Source: Octopus bimaculoides
Taxonomy: Eukaryota
Length of the DNA: 64,000 bases
Direction of reading: 5' to 3'
NCBI RefSeq assembly: GCF_001194135.2
Contig: NC_068987.1
Coordinates: 64,133,323-64,197,322 of the forward strand
Part shown: in pieces, positions 1 to 13,244 of the stretch
Position numbering within the stretch: position 1 is the stretch's first letter
Layout of the letters: every line of letters starts with the position of its first letter
Translations under genes and position numbers: made by a program
The notes under the pieces: generated by a model
What the model was told of the DNA's origin: nothing
What the model saw: only the letters and a program-made list of their open reading frames with translations
Databases searched by the model: none

Positions 1-454
1 AAATGTTTCTTATAAGTCGGTAGTACGTTCTACTGCGTCAGCAGTGCTTGTTACTTTATTTTTAAGGTAGTTTCTATAGATATTCTATAGAAACTATTGC
101 CAGCAATGATTTTTGCTACAACGTTTCGTATCGAGACGTCAGATGTAAACAGGCAATGAGATCGGAGACAAAAGTGAGTAATGGGTGTATATGCCATATT
201 TCGGGGGTTGTTGCCCCTTCATCTGCACCCACTTCTGTCTCCGAACACATTGTTCATGTAGCCACTGCATACAACGGTATTAAGTTATTAGATATACCAA
301 TTTACATATTAGACGCATTCCTGGAACTGGTATTTTCCATAATATATTTCACACACACACGACTAATTCCATATTTGCAAACTTGGTCAATAGTGATGAC
401 ATTGACCTTCATGTCCAGCGTCATGTCTAGGCTATTTGTCACTGGCAATATATA

Positions 455-907
455 ATGATTTGAAATTTTGGCACCAGGCTAGCAGTTTCGGAGGAAGGGA
501 TAAATCGGTTACATCGATCCTAGTGCTCAACGGGTATTTATTTTATCTACCCGATAGAATGAAAGGCAAAGTCGACCTCAGCAGAATTTGAACTCAGAGC
601 GTATGGATGGACGAAATGCTGCTAAGCATATTCTCCAGTTTGCTGACGATTTTGCCAGCTCACAGTCTTATCCGAGGTTAATATTGGTTTCAAATTTTGG
701 CAAAACGCCAGCAATTTCGGGGAAGAGGTGAAGTCGATTACATCAATCTCAGTGTTCAACTGATATTTATGTTATCGATCCTGAGTGAATAAAAGGCAAA
801 GTTGACCTCGACCGCAGTGAAATTTGAACTTAGGACGTAATGACGGACGAAATGCCACTAAGCATTCTGCATGGTGAGCTAACGATTCTGCCAGCTCGCT
901 GCCTTAC
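455..907 (-). mobile_element. Two head-to-tail tRNA-headed SINE copies (family A), about 455-670 and 686-907
   Basis: Reverse complement matches the family-A unit seen throughout the window (AAGGCGGCGAGCTGGCAGAA..GAGTTCAAAT..GTCGACTTTGCCTTTCAT). The second copy is flanked by CCGAG(G/A)TTAATA at 672-683 and 908-919. Confidence 0.9.
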
Positions 908-1566
908 CCGAGATTAATAATTAAGACTAACAAATTTCTCAAACATCACAGAATGAATAATCTCAAACAGGATTAAGTCTGAAGCAGCAGCTTTTTAGTG
1001 TTTGTTTTGCTTGTCTTTTAACTCGAATTGACTCATATAAGTGAAATCGGGTCGATGGAAATTGTAGAGAAACCTGCTACGTGAATTGTCCTTGTAATTC
1101 AAAAAATATAGTCTTGTGGCACTGATTCCGCCTGAAAAATTAGAGTTCAGGGCGGCTATTTCTGCAGAATGGTCAGCTACATACATGTAAGGCGGGTGTA
1201 ATTTGGGTGATCGAGCAAAAACTGGAGCATTGTCCAATGACGGAGATTCACTACCATAGCATATTGAGTCATGTCTTCTAATTAATGACCAATCCACACA
1301 GAAAGACAACGTGGCTTAGCTGATATTTAATCTAGACTGGAAAATAGCAAAAATTAGAGACATGACGTGTTTATGTGTGACGGTGCAGGCACAGATGTGC
1401 GTATGAGGTTGAACTGTTTGTGAATAAGGACTGCCTCAGTGAGATGTATATGTGCATATTTGGTGGGGTGTGTATGCATTTGTGTACATATGTATATTTA
1501 TATATATGTGTGTGTGTGTATATACATATATATANNNNNNNNNNNNNNNNNNNNNNNNNNNNNNNN

Positions 1567-1607
<41 letters not shown>

Positions 1608-2082
1608 GCATGTATGCGTTTGTCTATAACAGTGCGCCCGTGTTTGTATGTAGGTGTTTGAATGTGTGTATGTATATGTGTGTGTGTGTGTGTGTGTATG
1701 CATGTGTGCATAAATGTGACCTTAGTAAAATGTCAATGCGTATGTGCGACGCGACGTCTTTGATTTGTATGCGTACGTGTATATGTATCTGCCTGGCGCT
1801 ATGCGTCCGTATATGTCTGTATGTGTGCGCATGCATGTGTGTGTGTGCATGTCTGCGCATGTATTTGTGTACATGTGTGTGCGTTTGTATTTAATGAAAT
1901 AGTAGTATGTTTTTATATTTTTCTGTTACATAATATTCAAGTCAGTCCGACACATAAATGTTTCATTTCATTATAACGTCTCTAATTTCTTTATGAAGTC
2001 TTGAACGTCACATTTAAATCTCTTTTACATCATAAAAACACTATAGCAGTTCACAATTTGACAGATACTGTTGATTATGTAG

Positions 2083-2178
2083 AATATTCATTTTGATATT
2101 TCTTCTCTTTATGGCCCGCAAACGTATCTTCTTGCGAGATGGGGTGAGGAAGATGAAGAATTCTATTTGGTGCTACCG
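2083..2178 (+). CDS. Candidate internal coding exon (phase 0-0), NIHFDISSLYGPQTYLLARWGEEDEEFYLVLP
   Basis: tatgtag acceptor, CCG|gtgcgt donor, 96 nt open, in non-repetitive CpG-containing sequence. A minus-strand ORF (2075-2386) competes. Confidence 0.35.
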
Positions 2179-2751
2179 GTGCGTAGTGTGGTGATTTTGG
2201 CGTTTGATTTACGATCGCTCGGTCGTGTTTTCGATTTTCGGATCGAGAGGCGTCGCGTGTCTTTGAGCAATACTCTTCATTTCGCATAGCTGTTATACAC
2301 ATACACACACGCACACACATACATTTACGCAAATACATGTGAGCACTCACAAACAATGAGACGGACACTTTTATACCCTCACACAAACAAAGTTATGACT
2401 GCGGAAGGGTAGGGATTAACCTTGGAATGGCCTGGTACCCCAATCAGGAAGAGAGTGACAGAATCTTTTATTCTTATCGTTTAAAAGCGTCACGAAAGCT
2501 TGGATTTGCTCCGACCTACTGAGCCTCTAGTCTCCAGATAATATTACAGGTCAAGACCATCATTATTTTTCTACAATGTTATTGCTTACATTACATTTAT
2601 GTATAAGACTATCTACTTCAATAGAACCTTAAGATTGTATCTACACGGAAATGAGAAATATTATTACTCAAATATACAAAACAAGAAGCGATAATAAAAT
2701 TCGAAATCGCTATCATTCTTTAATTTATTAACAAATTTAAGTATGCATATG

Positions 2752-3012
2752 AGTGGCTGTGTTGTAAGTAGCTTGCTTACCAACCACATAGATCTGAGTT
2801 CTGGCACCCTGGGCAAGTGTCTTCTACTATAGCGTTGGGCCGACCAAAGCCTTGTGAGTGGATTTGGTAGACGGAAACTGAAAGAAGCCCGTCGTATATA
2901 TATGTATACATATGCGTATGTGTGTTTGTGTGTCTGCGTTTGTCCCCCCAACATCGCTTAACAACCGATGCTGGTGTGTTTATGTCCCCGTAACTTAGCG
3001 GTTCGGCAAAAG
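2752..3012 (+). mobile_element. SINE family B, partial
   Basis: TGGCTGTGT..GG A-box-like head, GGCACCCTGGGCAAGTGTCTTCT core, internal TA/TG microsatellite. Confidence 0.85.
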
Positions 3013-3045
3013 AGTGAGCGACATTCTAATTTAGGTTAGATGTGC

Positions 3046-3080
<35 letters not shown>

Positions 3081-3499
3081 NNNNNNNNNNNNNNNNNNNN
3101 NNNNNNNNNNNNNNNNNNNNNNNNNNNNNNNNNNNNNNNNNNNNNNNNNNNNNNNNNNNNNNNNNNNNNNNNNNNNNNNNNNNNNNNNNNNNNNNNNNNN
3201 NNNNNNNNNNNNNNNNNNNNNNNNNNNNNNNNNNNNNNNNNNNNNNNNNNNNNNNNNNNNNNNNNNNNNNNNNNNNNNNNNNNNNNNNNNNNNNNNNNNN
3301 NNNNNNNNNNNNNNNNNNNNNNNNNNNNNNNNNNNNNNNNNNNNNNNNNNNNNNNNNNNNNNNNNNNNNNNNNNNNNNNNNNNNNNNNNNNNNNNNNNNN
3401 NNNNNNNNNNNNNNNNNNNNNNNNNNNNNNNNNNNNNNNNNNNNNNNNNNNTATATAGACAAATCCCCTGATTTTTCTGTAGATTGTTAGTCTGAAGAG

Positions 3500-4400
3500 A
3501 AGAAGCTATGAATAGAATATTTTAAATTCTGCCAAATAATGTTAGAAGTAGAAGTCTGTTATGTTTCATATTTGTCGTTTGATGGCCAGGGTAGGGAGCT
3601 TCTGAAGATGGGAAGGAATTCTAGTTATGTTCTTGAATAAAATTTAGATGATCTTCACTCATTCATAGACAATTTTAAGTATTGTTTTACATACGAAGTA
3701 CAAAACCACGAAGAGATTCGTCAACAATAATATCATACTTTGCTAAATATAGCTATTTGTAAAGCACCAGTATTTCGAACAATTAGCACATACTCTACAT
3801 TCAGACTAAATTCAATCAAGACCAAAGTATTGCATTATACAGTCTTTCTGTTAGCTCCAATCATGATTCATATATATATATATTTATTGCATAATTAATA
3901 CACACTAATAGCAAAGTCACGCTTTTACTCTTCTAATATACTTCTTGAGAGTACATAATACTATCTTCTTTCAAAAATAATAGAAATGACCTCTGGTTTC
4001 TCTGCCCCAACAAGCAAGAAGAGTGGACAGTTTCAAGTATATAACTGCAGAGGAAAAACGGAAAAACAAAAGATATAATCCCTACAATTCCATTTCCAGG
4101 AGATCTGTAGACTTTATAACAAGCATTGCGACAGGAATTATAGAACTTAATGTTATTACATAATCTAGTACTCGATTGAGAACCTTAATTCAGTAAACCA
4201 AAACCTACGCGTATATTTTTAAAGAAAAACACGTAGTCAATGATTCGATTAAGGATCATGATTGGAATACAACTTTTCTTCGTAATAAACAGTATCCATC
4301 AATGAGCAAATATATTATGTTTATTATGTAGAGGATGTTTCCATCGTGTGATGTTGAAAAACGGTCACAATGAAATTAGAGTCATTTAAATCTTAAACCC
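3500..4400 (+). mobile_element. Highly decayed Penelope-like RT remnant
   Basis: Broken frames give LSFDG, YV..NLDDLHSFIDNFKYCFTYEVQNHEE and IPTIPFPGD, resembling the PLE RT thumb and linker. Many stops. Confidence 0.35.
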
Positions 4401-4557
4401 AGACTTGAATATTATGTTACAGAGAGAAAGAATCTGTACCACCAACGTACTTAGATGTCTATTTATGCATAGACATATACACAAATACACAATGAACAGA
4501 ATCAGATACACAAACACATACACACAGATTTGGGTACAGACTCAATCACAAAAGGTG

Positions 4558-4602
<45 letters not shown>

Positions 4603-5262
4603 TCAAGAGATCATTCTCATATTTTCAGTCTCACATACCTCGGTAACCGACATATGCTTCGGCTTGTATGTGTGTGTGTATCTATCTTTCTTTCTATTTA
4701 TACATATTATGTATATGTGTGTGTGTGTGTGTGTGTGTATGTATATGTNNNNNNNNNNNNNNNNNNNNNNNNNNNNNNNNNNNNNNNNNNNNNNNNNNNN
4801 NNNNNNNNNNNNNNNNNNNNNNNNNNNNNNNNNNNNNNNNNNNNNNNNNNNNNNNNNNNNNNNNNNNNNNNNNNNNNNNNNNNNNNNNNNNNNNNNNNNN
4901 NNNNNNNNNNNNNNNNNNNNNNNNNNNNNNNNNNNNNNNNNNNNNNNNNNNNNNNNNNNNNNNNNNNNNNNNNNNNNNNNNNNNNNNNNNNNNNNNNNNN
5001 NNNNNNNNNNNNNNNNNNNNNNNNNNNNNNNNNNNNNNNNNNNNNNNNNNNNNNNNNNNNNNNNNNNNNNNNNNNNNNNNNNNNNNNNNNNNNNNNNNNN
5101 NNNNNNNNNNNNNNNNNNNNNNNNNNNNNNNNNNNNNNNNNNNNNNNNNNNNNNNNNNNNNNNNNNNNNNNNNNNNNNNNNNNNNNNNNNNNNNNNNNNN
5201 NNNNNNNNNNNNNNNNNNNNNNNNNNNNNNNNNNNNNNNNNNNNNNNNNNNNNNNNNNNNNN

Positions 5263-5299
<37 letters not shown>

Positions 5300-5857
5300 T
5301 ATATAGATATATACGTATGCATGTATGTATCATATAACGTATAGCCAATCCCTATAAATCTCATTTGGCAGTTTCCTACAAAAAACCGCTAACAATAATA
5401 AAAATGCCATTAATTTATTAATCACCGCTGTGGTTAACTAGTTTTAATTTTGTTATTCTAAGTTATATGATATTAGATCTATACCTACACTCGACATATT
5501 TCTTCATATTTTCCATTACTGTTCCTTTATGTTGTCAAATTAGATATTTTATACAATATAGATTTTTCACATTATGTTCTCTCTCATCATAATACTAATG
5601 TTATTATAGAACTTAATTATTTATAAGGATTTAAATTTATGCACTAAATACTGCACACATAAATAGTGGTGACTATGCAAAGCCTAATAAAACTTATTTA
5701 ATTATAAAATTTACCTTTGCACATTTGATATATTTATATATAAAAGTAATTATTGTGCAAACACAAATTGATCTCTTAATTTAAAATTTAAACATTTTAG
5801 TTGATAAATTTTCCTCTGACGCATATATGTAAATTTACAGAGATAGGTAATAATGAT

Positions 5858-6378
5858 TTCTACTATAGACACAGGGCCTGAAATTTAGAGGAGGGAGATA
5901 GTCGATTTCATTGACCCAAGTACTCAACTGGTACTTACTTTATCGACCCCGAAAGGATGAAAGGCAAAGTCGACCGCGCGGAATTTGAACTCAGAACGTG
6001 AACGAAATACCGCAAAGCATTTCCCTCCGGTGTGCTAACGATTCTGCTAGCCCGCTGCATTTTAGAGTTGAATAACAATGGTTTCAAATTTTGCCACAAG
6101 GGCAGCAATTTTCAGGGAGGGGTAATCGATTATATCGATCTCAATGCTGAACTAGTAATGTATTTTATCGACCTCGAAAGAATGAAAGGTAAAGTCACCT
6201 CGGCGTGATTTTAACTTAGAACGTAAAGCCGGAAGAAATGCTGTTAAGTATATTGTCCGATACAGTAACGATTCTGCTAGCTCGCCGCCCCCAGTGATCA
6301 ATATTTATAAAAATATTTTCTACTATAGGGACACGGCCTGAAGTTTTGTGGGAGAGAACTAGTCGATTGCATTAACTC
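5858..6378 (-). mobile_element. Three tandem family-A SINE copies (5858-6058, 6078-6290, partial 6317-6378)
   Basis: Direct match to the family-A unit, all in the same orientation. Confidence 0.88.
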
Positions 6379-6389
6379 AAAAACTCTGC

Positions 6390-7430
6390 AAATCCTTTGA
6401 CCGAATCAAGCATACACATTTCGTATCTAAACTTACCATTCACAGGTTCCACTCTTCTCCCAACTCTTGGATCGGTAACTTCCTTTCTGATCGCACTATC
6501 GCGGCATTTGTTGGCGGAGCTTTTTGTGCGTCACTCTCAATCAACTCCTTTTTCCCCCCAAAGGCTTAGCTGTGTTTCCCATCTTTCGTCTTTTTATACA
6601 TTAATGAACTACTTTCCGCCATATCCAACAGCAACTAGTCTTACACAGACGGTGCGATCCTTCATTCCTCCTTAACTTCTCCAAACCAGGCATCATCCGC
6701 ACGCAGCCTAGGCACCACACACTAATCCTACACTGATTCCATAAATGGAGACCTCGAGAATCCTTAAGAGGAGCCATGGCAACTTTGTTTCTTATCACAA
6801 TAAAACAGTAAATTACTCATGCACTATTCATATGAAGAAAACACCACCACACCATCACTAAACACGAACAACACTTAGCTAGAGCTCCGACAGTTTGTCC
6901 AAATGCTGGACCTCATTATCAAGCACGATCATTTCCAGCGAAAACATATCGTTAGTGTAGCTAAGACCACATGCAAAAGACTAACCCTTCTCGTCAGAGC
7001 TAGAAAATATTTCATATAACAGGTGCTCATATTTTACAAGTCTCCAGTAGAGCCCTTAACAGACTAATACTTCCCCATCTGGGTTGGTGTACGTAGCATC
7101 GCTACACACACAGACAGCTTTGACTACATTCAGAGAAGAACTACTTGACTGATTGATATTCGATTACTGACAGATATACTCCAGCTTTTGGCCCACCGGC
7201 ATGATGACCCCACTTTCTGTTTCTCAGAGCTGGCTGCCTTTGTTCCCCGACACTTTCGTATTTTCACCTTTCGTCACTGTTGATGCACCAAACCCACATG
7301 GTACCTCACTGACCATTATGAAGTTATTTCTCTCAAGAACATCTTCCCATTGGAACCTTCTTTCTGCTCATGCCTTTCCTGCAGCAACTGACGTGCAAAA
7401 ACGGAATATTAACGGCATCAATCTAACGAG
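6390..7430 (+). mobile_element. CR1/L2-group LINE remnant (RT domain plus C-terminal region)
   Basis: Frameshifted translation KSFDRIKH..SWIGNFLSDRTI..INSFFPQ..YINELL..SYTDG..HIVSVAK..LLVRARKYF..FYK..IW matches non-LTR RT motifs (KAFD, PQG, YADD) and the post-RT region. Confidence 0.8.
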
Positions 7431-7523
7431 TCCTGCAGAATCTGATCAGCAAGTGTGATGAGCAATGTATCTTTCTCGGAGCGCGACAAGTAAAATATTA
7501 TGAATATTAGTATAAGGAGTAAT

Positions 7524-7955
7524 ACTGGTTTCAAATTTTGATACAGGGCCAGCAATTTTGAGAGAGGGGTAAGTCGATGACATTGACTCCAGTACTCAAC
7601 TAGTTCTTATTCTATCGACTCCAAAAGGATGGAAGACAAAGTTGACGTCAAAGGTATTTGAACTCAGAACGTAAAGACAGGTGAAATGCTGCTAAGCATT
7701 TTGACCGGCGTGCTAACGATTCTGCCAGCTTGTCCGTCCTTGTGTCAGTGAATATTGGTTTCAAATTTTGGTACAAGCCCAGCAATTTCAAGGGAAAGGT
7801 TAACTGCAGTGCTCAACTGGTACTTATTTTATCGACCCTGAAAGGATGAACGGCAAAATTAGCCACGGCAGCATTTGAACTCAGAACGTAAAGACTGACA
7901 AAATACCACTCAACACTTCGCCTAGTGTGCTAACAATTCTGCCAGCTCACCGTCT
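7524..7955 (-). mobile_element. Two tandem family-A SINE copies
   Basis: Direct match to the family-A unit. Confidence 0.88.
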
Positions 7956-8689
7956 AATGTATAAGACAATACTGGTTTTGGTATACAAACGACAGGATAG
8001 TTGCAAGTGGAATAGCTTTTGCTACAGTTTAGCTCTACGACGACTCAACAGGGGATATAAAACAACAAAGTTTCTGCAGAACGAAAGAAGGGAGGCCTCT
8101 GCAAGGGTGCAGGACTTTCAAGTTACCAGCAGCCAAATTGCATTCAAATATAATCTTGTATCTTAGTTTTAGGAAAGGACATGTTACCCTATCTATTCAG
8201 ACATACAAACAGCTGTGATATACACGCATCCATACATACCCATAAACACAGACACACACGCTCACTCATATAGAAATATTCTGTGTCACCGTGTTCATGC
8301 GTCCGCGTGTTTATTCTGCACACATACAGATCCGTACACACACACGTAACATACATATTAATTATGCACTTGTGTCTGTGTCTGTGCGTGTGTGGTTGTG
8401 TGCGTCACAGATATAGACGTCATACGGAAAAAAGACACTTGAATCGATGTGTATATACACACATTATACACAAATATAGAATTGCCTATTTCTAAAAGAC
8501 TATGTATAGAATTAGTGTGTAAATAACGAGAACATATGTAAATTTATCTATGCATGAACGCTCACAGACAAAACAACTATGTTTTTACGCAGACTTATGA
8601 TATATATATACACTTTAGCATTTATACATTCAAACTTTTAGAAACATTTCTGCATATATGGCGTCGTTTAAACTACATGCATTAGCAAA

Positions 8690-8870
8690 GAGACAACGAG
8701 GCAGCCTCTACTCAGCTGTTCAATCTGTTAGAGATAGCAGCCAAAAATCTGCTGCAAATCACATTTTATCTCATACAAAAACATGAATGAATGCGTTGTG
8801 TAATGTAGATCTACTTGGCAAAAAAGAACATGGGTTGTTCAGGGCTAAATAACCATTAGCAACAATGTGT
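8690..8870. mobile_element. Decayed fragment of a further interspersed repeat (related pieces near 21490-21630 and 28545-28690)
   Basis: The three sites share an AGA(G/A)ATAGC..CCAAA..C(C/T)(G/T)CAAAT-like motif followed by an A-rich segment. Confidence 0.4.
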
Positions 8871-8987
8871 AGGTTATAAATTATGATTAGAAGTGCAATT
8901 TTTTTAAAAATAGAATACTCTATAATTTAACTGCTTCGACCATTCGGTCTCACCGTTTGGTTCCTTAATATATTTAGGACATCTGCT

Positions 8988-9140
8988 TTTACGTTCTGAG
9001 TTGAAATTCCGCCGAGGTCAACTTTGCCTTTCATCCTTTCGGGTTCGATAAATTAAGTACTAGTTATGTACTGGGGTCGATCTAATCGACTGTCGCCCTC
9101 CTCATGAATTTCGGGCCTTGATCCTAGAATGCAAAAGAAT
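8988..9140 (+). mobile_element. 5'-truncated family-A SINE
   Basis: ACGTTCTGAG..CCGCCGAGGTCAACTTTGCCTTTCATCCTTTCGG..GGCCTTG..TAGAAT. Confidence 0.85.
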
Positions 9141-9334
9141 TCTGTTTTAAAAATTCTTTGCTGCATTTTAAGAGGTAATAAATATAAGAGTACGAAACAA
9201 CATGAGTAGTTAGATGATGATGATGATGATGATGACAATGTATACATATTTATATGTATCGGTGGTGTTCCACAGTGGCCACTGTCAAAGTGACTGAAAC
9301 TAGTAAAAGAATAAGTGGATAAAGGAATATATAA

Positions 9335-9369
<35 letters not shown>

Positions 9370-9492
9370 TAGATATAGATATATATATACATATATGTAT
9401 ATGTACATAATCCAAATAAGAAGAAAACAAAGGAAATTCTTTAAAATACATCTTTCATGATCCGTTACAATTGTTTCTGTACCAACACTATT

Positions 9493-10571
9493 TTATGCAA
9501 AAATTCGAAGGGAAATTTACGTAATGTTTGCGGTTTTAAACATTGGTAGCATAAATCGGTTTTAGACATAGGGAAGCATCAATCGCCTCCGGTCTGCTAG
9601 GGATTTATGCAACCCTACCACTGACCACACTACTCCTCCACCACTAACATCATAAATATCCTCATTACTTGATTCCTGGACACTTGTCAATTATCTATCT
9701 AATCGTCTTTTTCACTTTCATTTGTCGCTGGTGAATATCGTCAGGTGATCAAATAAATTTTCATTCGTCAGACGGATTTAGTAACAGTGGACCTGTCTGT
9801 ACTGATTGACCACGAGCATACATCAAGATATCCGATTTGCTGTATATGGCTCTACCTAATTTATCTAAGTTTGTGTAGTTCCCTATTCTTCTTCTTCTTC
9901 TTCTTCTTCTCCTCCTCCTCCTCCTCCTCCTCCTCCTTCTTCTTCTCTTTCTTCTTCTTCTTCTTCTTCTTCTTCTTCTTCTTCTTCTCTTTCTTCTCCT
10001 TCTTCTTCTTCTTCTTTTTCTTCTTCTTCTTCTTCTTCTTCTCCTCCTCCTTCTTCTTATTCTTCTTCTTCTTCTTCTTCTTCTTCTCCTTCTTCTTCTT
10101 CTTCCTCTCCTCCTTATTCTTCTTCTTCTTCTCCTCCTTCTTCTCCTTCTTCTTCTTCTTCTTCTCCTCCTTCTTCTCCTTCTTCTTCTTCTTCTTCTTC
10201 TTCTCCTTCTTCTTCTTCTTCTTCTTCTTCTTCTTCTTCTTCTTCTTCTTCTTCTTCTTCTTTTTCTTCGTCTTCTACTTCCTCTTCTGCTGCACGTTCG
10301 TCTTCTTCTGGTCATTTTTTCTTCCCCTCCACATTCTCCTTCTTCCTCTGCGTATCCTTCCTCTTGATTCCCCACCCTCACCCTCCTACATAATCTCTAC
10401 ACCACTTACTCATCCCATATCCACACTTTTACTTTTTTGTGCTTTCTCCCGATCTAAGCCAAAAGACGTAAAATGTGACAACACACCTTTGATGCAAGTT
10501 GGATGAATTGCCTCACTAATGTCTAAAACCGCAAACATTACGTAAATTTTCACTTCGAATTTTTACGTAAA
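9493..10571. mobile_element. Element with roughly 55-bp inverted repeats enclosing a long (TTC/TCC)n tract
   Basis: 9493-9547 and 10515-10571 are near-perfect reverse complements (AAAAATTCGAAG..AAATTTACGTAATGTTTGCGGTTTTA.ACATT). No target-site duplication (TSD) was resolved. Confidence 0.65.
9887..10275. repeat. Compound (TTC)n/(TCC)n trinucleotide tract, about 390 bp
   Basis: Seen directly. It explains the poly-R and poly-F/S ORFs. Confidence 0.98.
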
Positions 10572-10833
10572 TTGGCGAATTTCTTTCTCTCCTTTCCATT
10601 TGGATTGTTTGCTCTTCGCCATACTCACTTTACACTGGGCGTAGTCGTCGTGAACCTTGAATCTTCTACACCTGACGAATTCCAGCTTTAGGCTGGAAAC
10701 CTGTTAGTGTTGATAGTCTAATATTCGGGTCGAGTCCTTTTCTGGAAATACCTGAACTTTACACCCTTCTTTAGTGACGTGAGGGACACCCATCTTTAAG
10801 TGACGTGAGGGACAAACACAACACAAATAAATA

Positions 10834-11362
10834 ACTATGTAATCACCCTTGAGAGATCTTCTCATATAGACACTTGGTGCATAAAGGCACACACATAGAC
10901 CGTAGCAGGTGATAAGCATCGCTGATGGGCGCTGGAATTCCCATATCACGTCATTTCATTCTTCTGGAAATCATCAGTGGAATGCGTCCCGTCACTGTAT
11001 GCCAGCCAAATCTCGTTGCAGTATTCAGTGTTCCAACAACATATCCATGTTAAGTTGGATATAAGATTACCTTTGGGTATTAATACTAATTTCATTGCTG
11101 ATAATTGATTTTTAATAAGCCCACTGGCTATTTGCAAAATCAGTGTCTGAAAAGACGCTGATTTTCTATAAATTGCAGCACTGAGATTTCACTGGCATGC
11201 GGTAACCGGACGCTCCCCATTGGTGACTTTCAGTGGAATGAAATCACGTGATAGTAGAAATTATAGCACATAAGACAGACGATTCTCGTTTATTACGGAG
11301 TGTGTGTACTTTGATGCACCAAATGCCTATATGAGAAGATACCTCAAGACTAATAACGTAGT
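10834..11362. mobile_element. Old fold-back/MITE with imperfect arms of roughly 200 bp
   Basis: CTTGAGAGATCTTCTCATATAGACACTTGGTGCAT and TATCACGTCATTTCATTC on the left recur as reverse complements at about 11170-11362. Confidence 0.75.
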
Positions 11363-11427
11363 AACCGGTGTTCTAACATTATGTATCCTATAGAGACAGA
11401 TGCATATATATTCATATACAAACACGA

Positions 11428-11475
<48 letters not shown>

Positions 11476-12402
11476 NNNNNNNNNNNNNNNNNNNNNNNNN
11501 NNNNNNNNNNNNNNNNNNNNNNNNNNNNNNNNNNNNNNNNNNNNNNNNNNNNNNNNNNNNNNNNNNNNNNNNNNNNNNNNNNNNNNNNNNNNNNNNNNNN
11601 NNNNNNNNNNNNNNNNNNNNNNNNNNNNNNNNNNNNNNNNNNNNNNNNNNNNNNNNNNNNNNNNNNNNNNNNNNNNNNNNNNNNNNNNNNNNNNNNNNNN
11701 NNNNNNNNNNNNNNNNNNNNNNNNNNNNNNNNNNNNNNNNNNNNNNNNNNNNNNNNNNNNNNNNNNNNNNNNNNNNNNNNNNNNNNNNNNNNNNNNNNNN
11801 NNNNNNNNNNNNNNNNNNNNNNNNNNNNNNNNNNNNNNNNNNNNNNNNNNNNNNNNNNNNNNNNNNNNNNNNNNNNNNNNNNNNNNNNNNNNNNNNNNNN
11901 NNNNNNNNNNNNNNNNNNNNNNNNNNNNNNNNNNNNNNNNNNNNNNNNNNNNNNNNNNNNNNNNNNNNNNNNNNNNNNNNNNNNNNNNNNNNNNNNNNNN
12001 NNNNNNNNNNNNNNNNNNNNNNNNNNNNNNNNNNNNNNNNNNNNNNNNNNNNNNNNNNNNNNNNNNNNNNNNNNNNNNNNNNNNNNNNNNNNNNNNNNNN
12101 NNNNNNNNNNNNNNNNNNNNNNNNNNNNNNNNNNNNNNNNNNNNNNNNNNNNNNNNNNNNNNNNNNNNNNNNNNNNNNNNNNNNNNNNNNNNNNNNNNNN
12201 NNNNNNNNNNNNNNNNNNNNNNNNNNNNNNNNNNNNNNNNNNNNNNNNNNNNNNNNNNNNNNNNNNNNNNNNNNNNNNNNNNNNNNNNNNNNNNNNNNNN
12301 NNNNNNNNNNNNNNNNNNNNNNNNNNNNNNNNNNNNNNNNNNNNNNNNNNNNNNNNNNNNNNNNNNNNNNNNNNNNNNNNNNNNNNNNNNNNATATATAT
12401 AC

Positions 12403-12448
<46 letters not shown>

Positions 12449-12453
12449 TATAT

Positions 12454-12485
<32 letters not shown>

Positions 12486-13244
12486 TATATATATACATAT
12501 ATATATACATATATTATATATATGTATATGTATATATACATACACATATGCATACACATATGTGCATATGAAAATATATTTATGTATATGAATATATATG
12601 TAATATAAACACACACACACATATATACATATGAGAGAGAGAGCACTTAAGCGATGTTATGTTTGACATTATAGATATTTGTAAACATTACATTACTGAC
12701 GTAAGTTTCTGTCGTCACGTGTACATTGACATACAAAAACTATGTACAGCACACACACACATACACAAACACACGCACGCACACATACACACACACTTAT
12801 TGACACGCGCGTGCACGCACACAAGCGATGTTTCCCAATGACTATCTCTCACCTCATACCGACCCCACACTGACATAACTACCATCACCTTCGTTAGGTC
12901 ACCGCCACTTTCTACCCCATATTACCTACTGCCATCGTCGACATCACCATCTTCGCTACCTTCTCCACCATCAGCACCATCACCACCATCGCCACTAGTT
13001 GCCGTCAGAACATAGAATGTACTGGTGACCGAATGCAGACTGAAGTTGTTATTAGTCGCTTACACTCAACACAATGTCTGATCCATATCATGTATCAACA
13101 TTGCATTTGGAAACTTCTACGTATGTGCGTTTGTATGTATGTATATAGGCATGGATGGATTCGTGTTTGTGTCTATGTGTGTGTGTGTGTGTGTGTTAGT
13201 GTATGAAAATGTGTATGCATTTGTGTGAATGTATGTATGTTTTT

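Noticed and set aside
156-1309. ORFs 156-455 and 995-1309
   Set aside because: No recognisable motifs or convincing splice context; lengths are compatible with chance, and the sequence may be UTR or intron.
9761-10506. 206-aa poly-Arg and 239-aa poly-Phe/Ser ORFs
   Set aside because: Both are readings of the (TTC/TCC)n tract.
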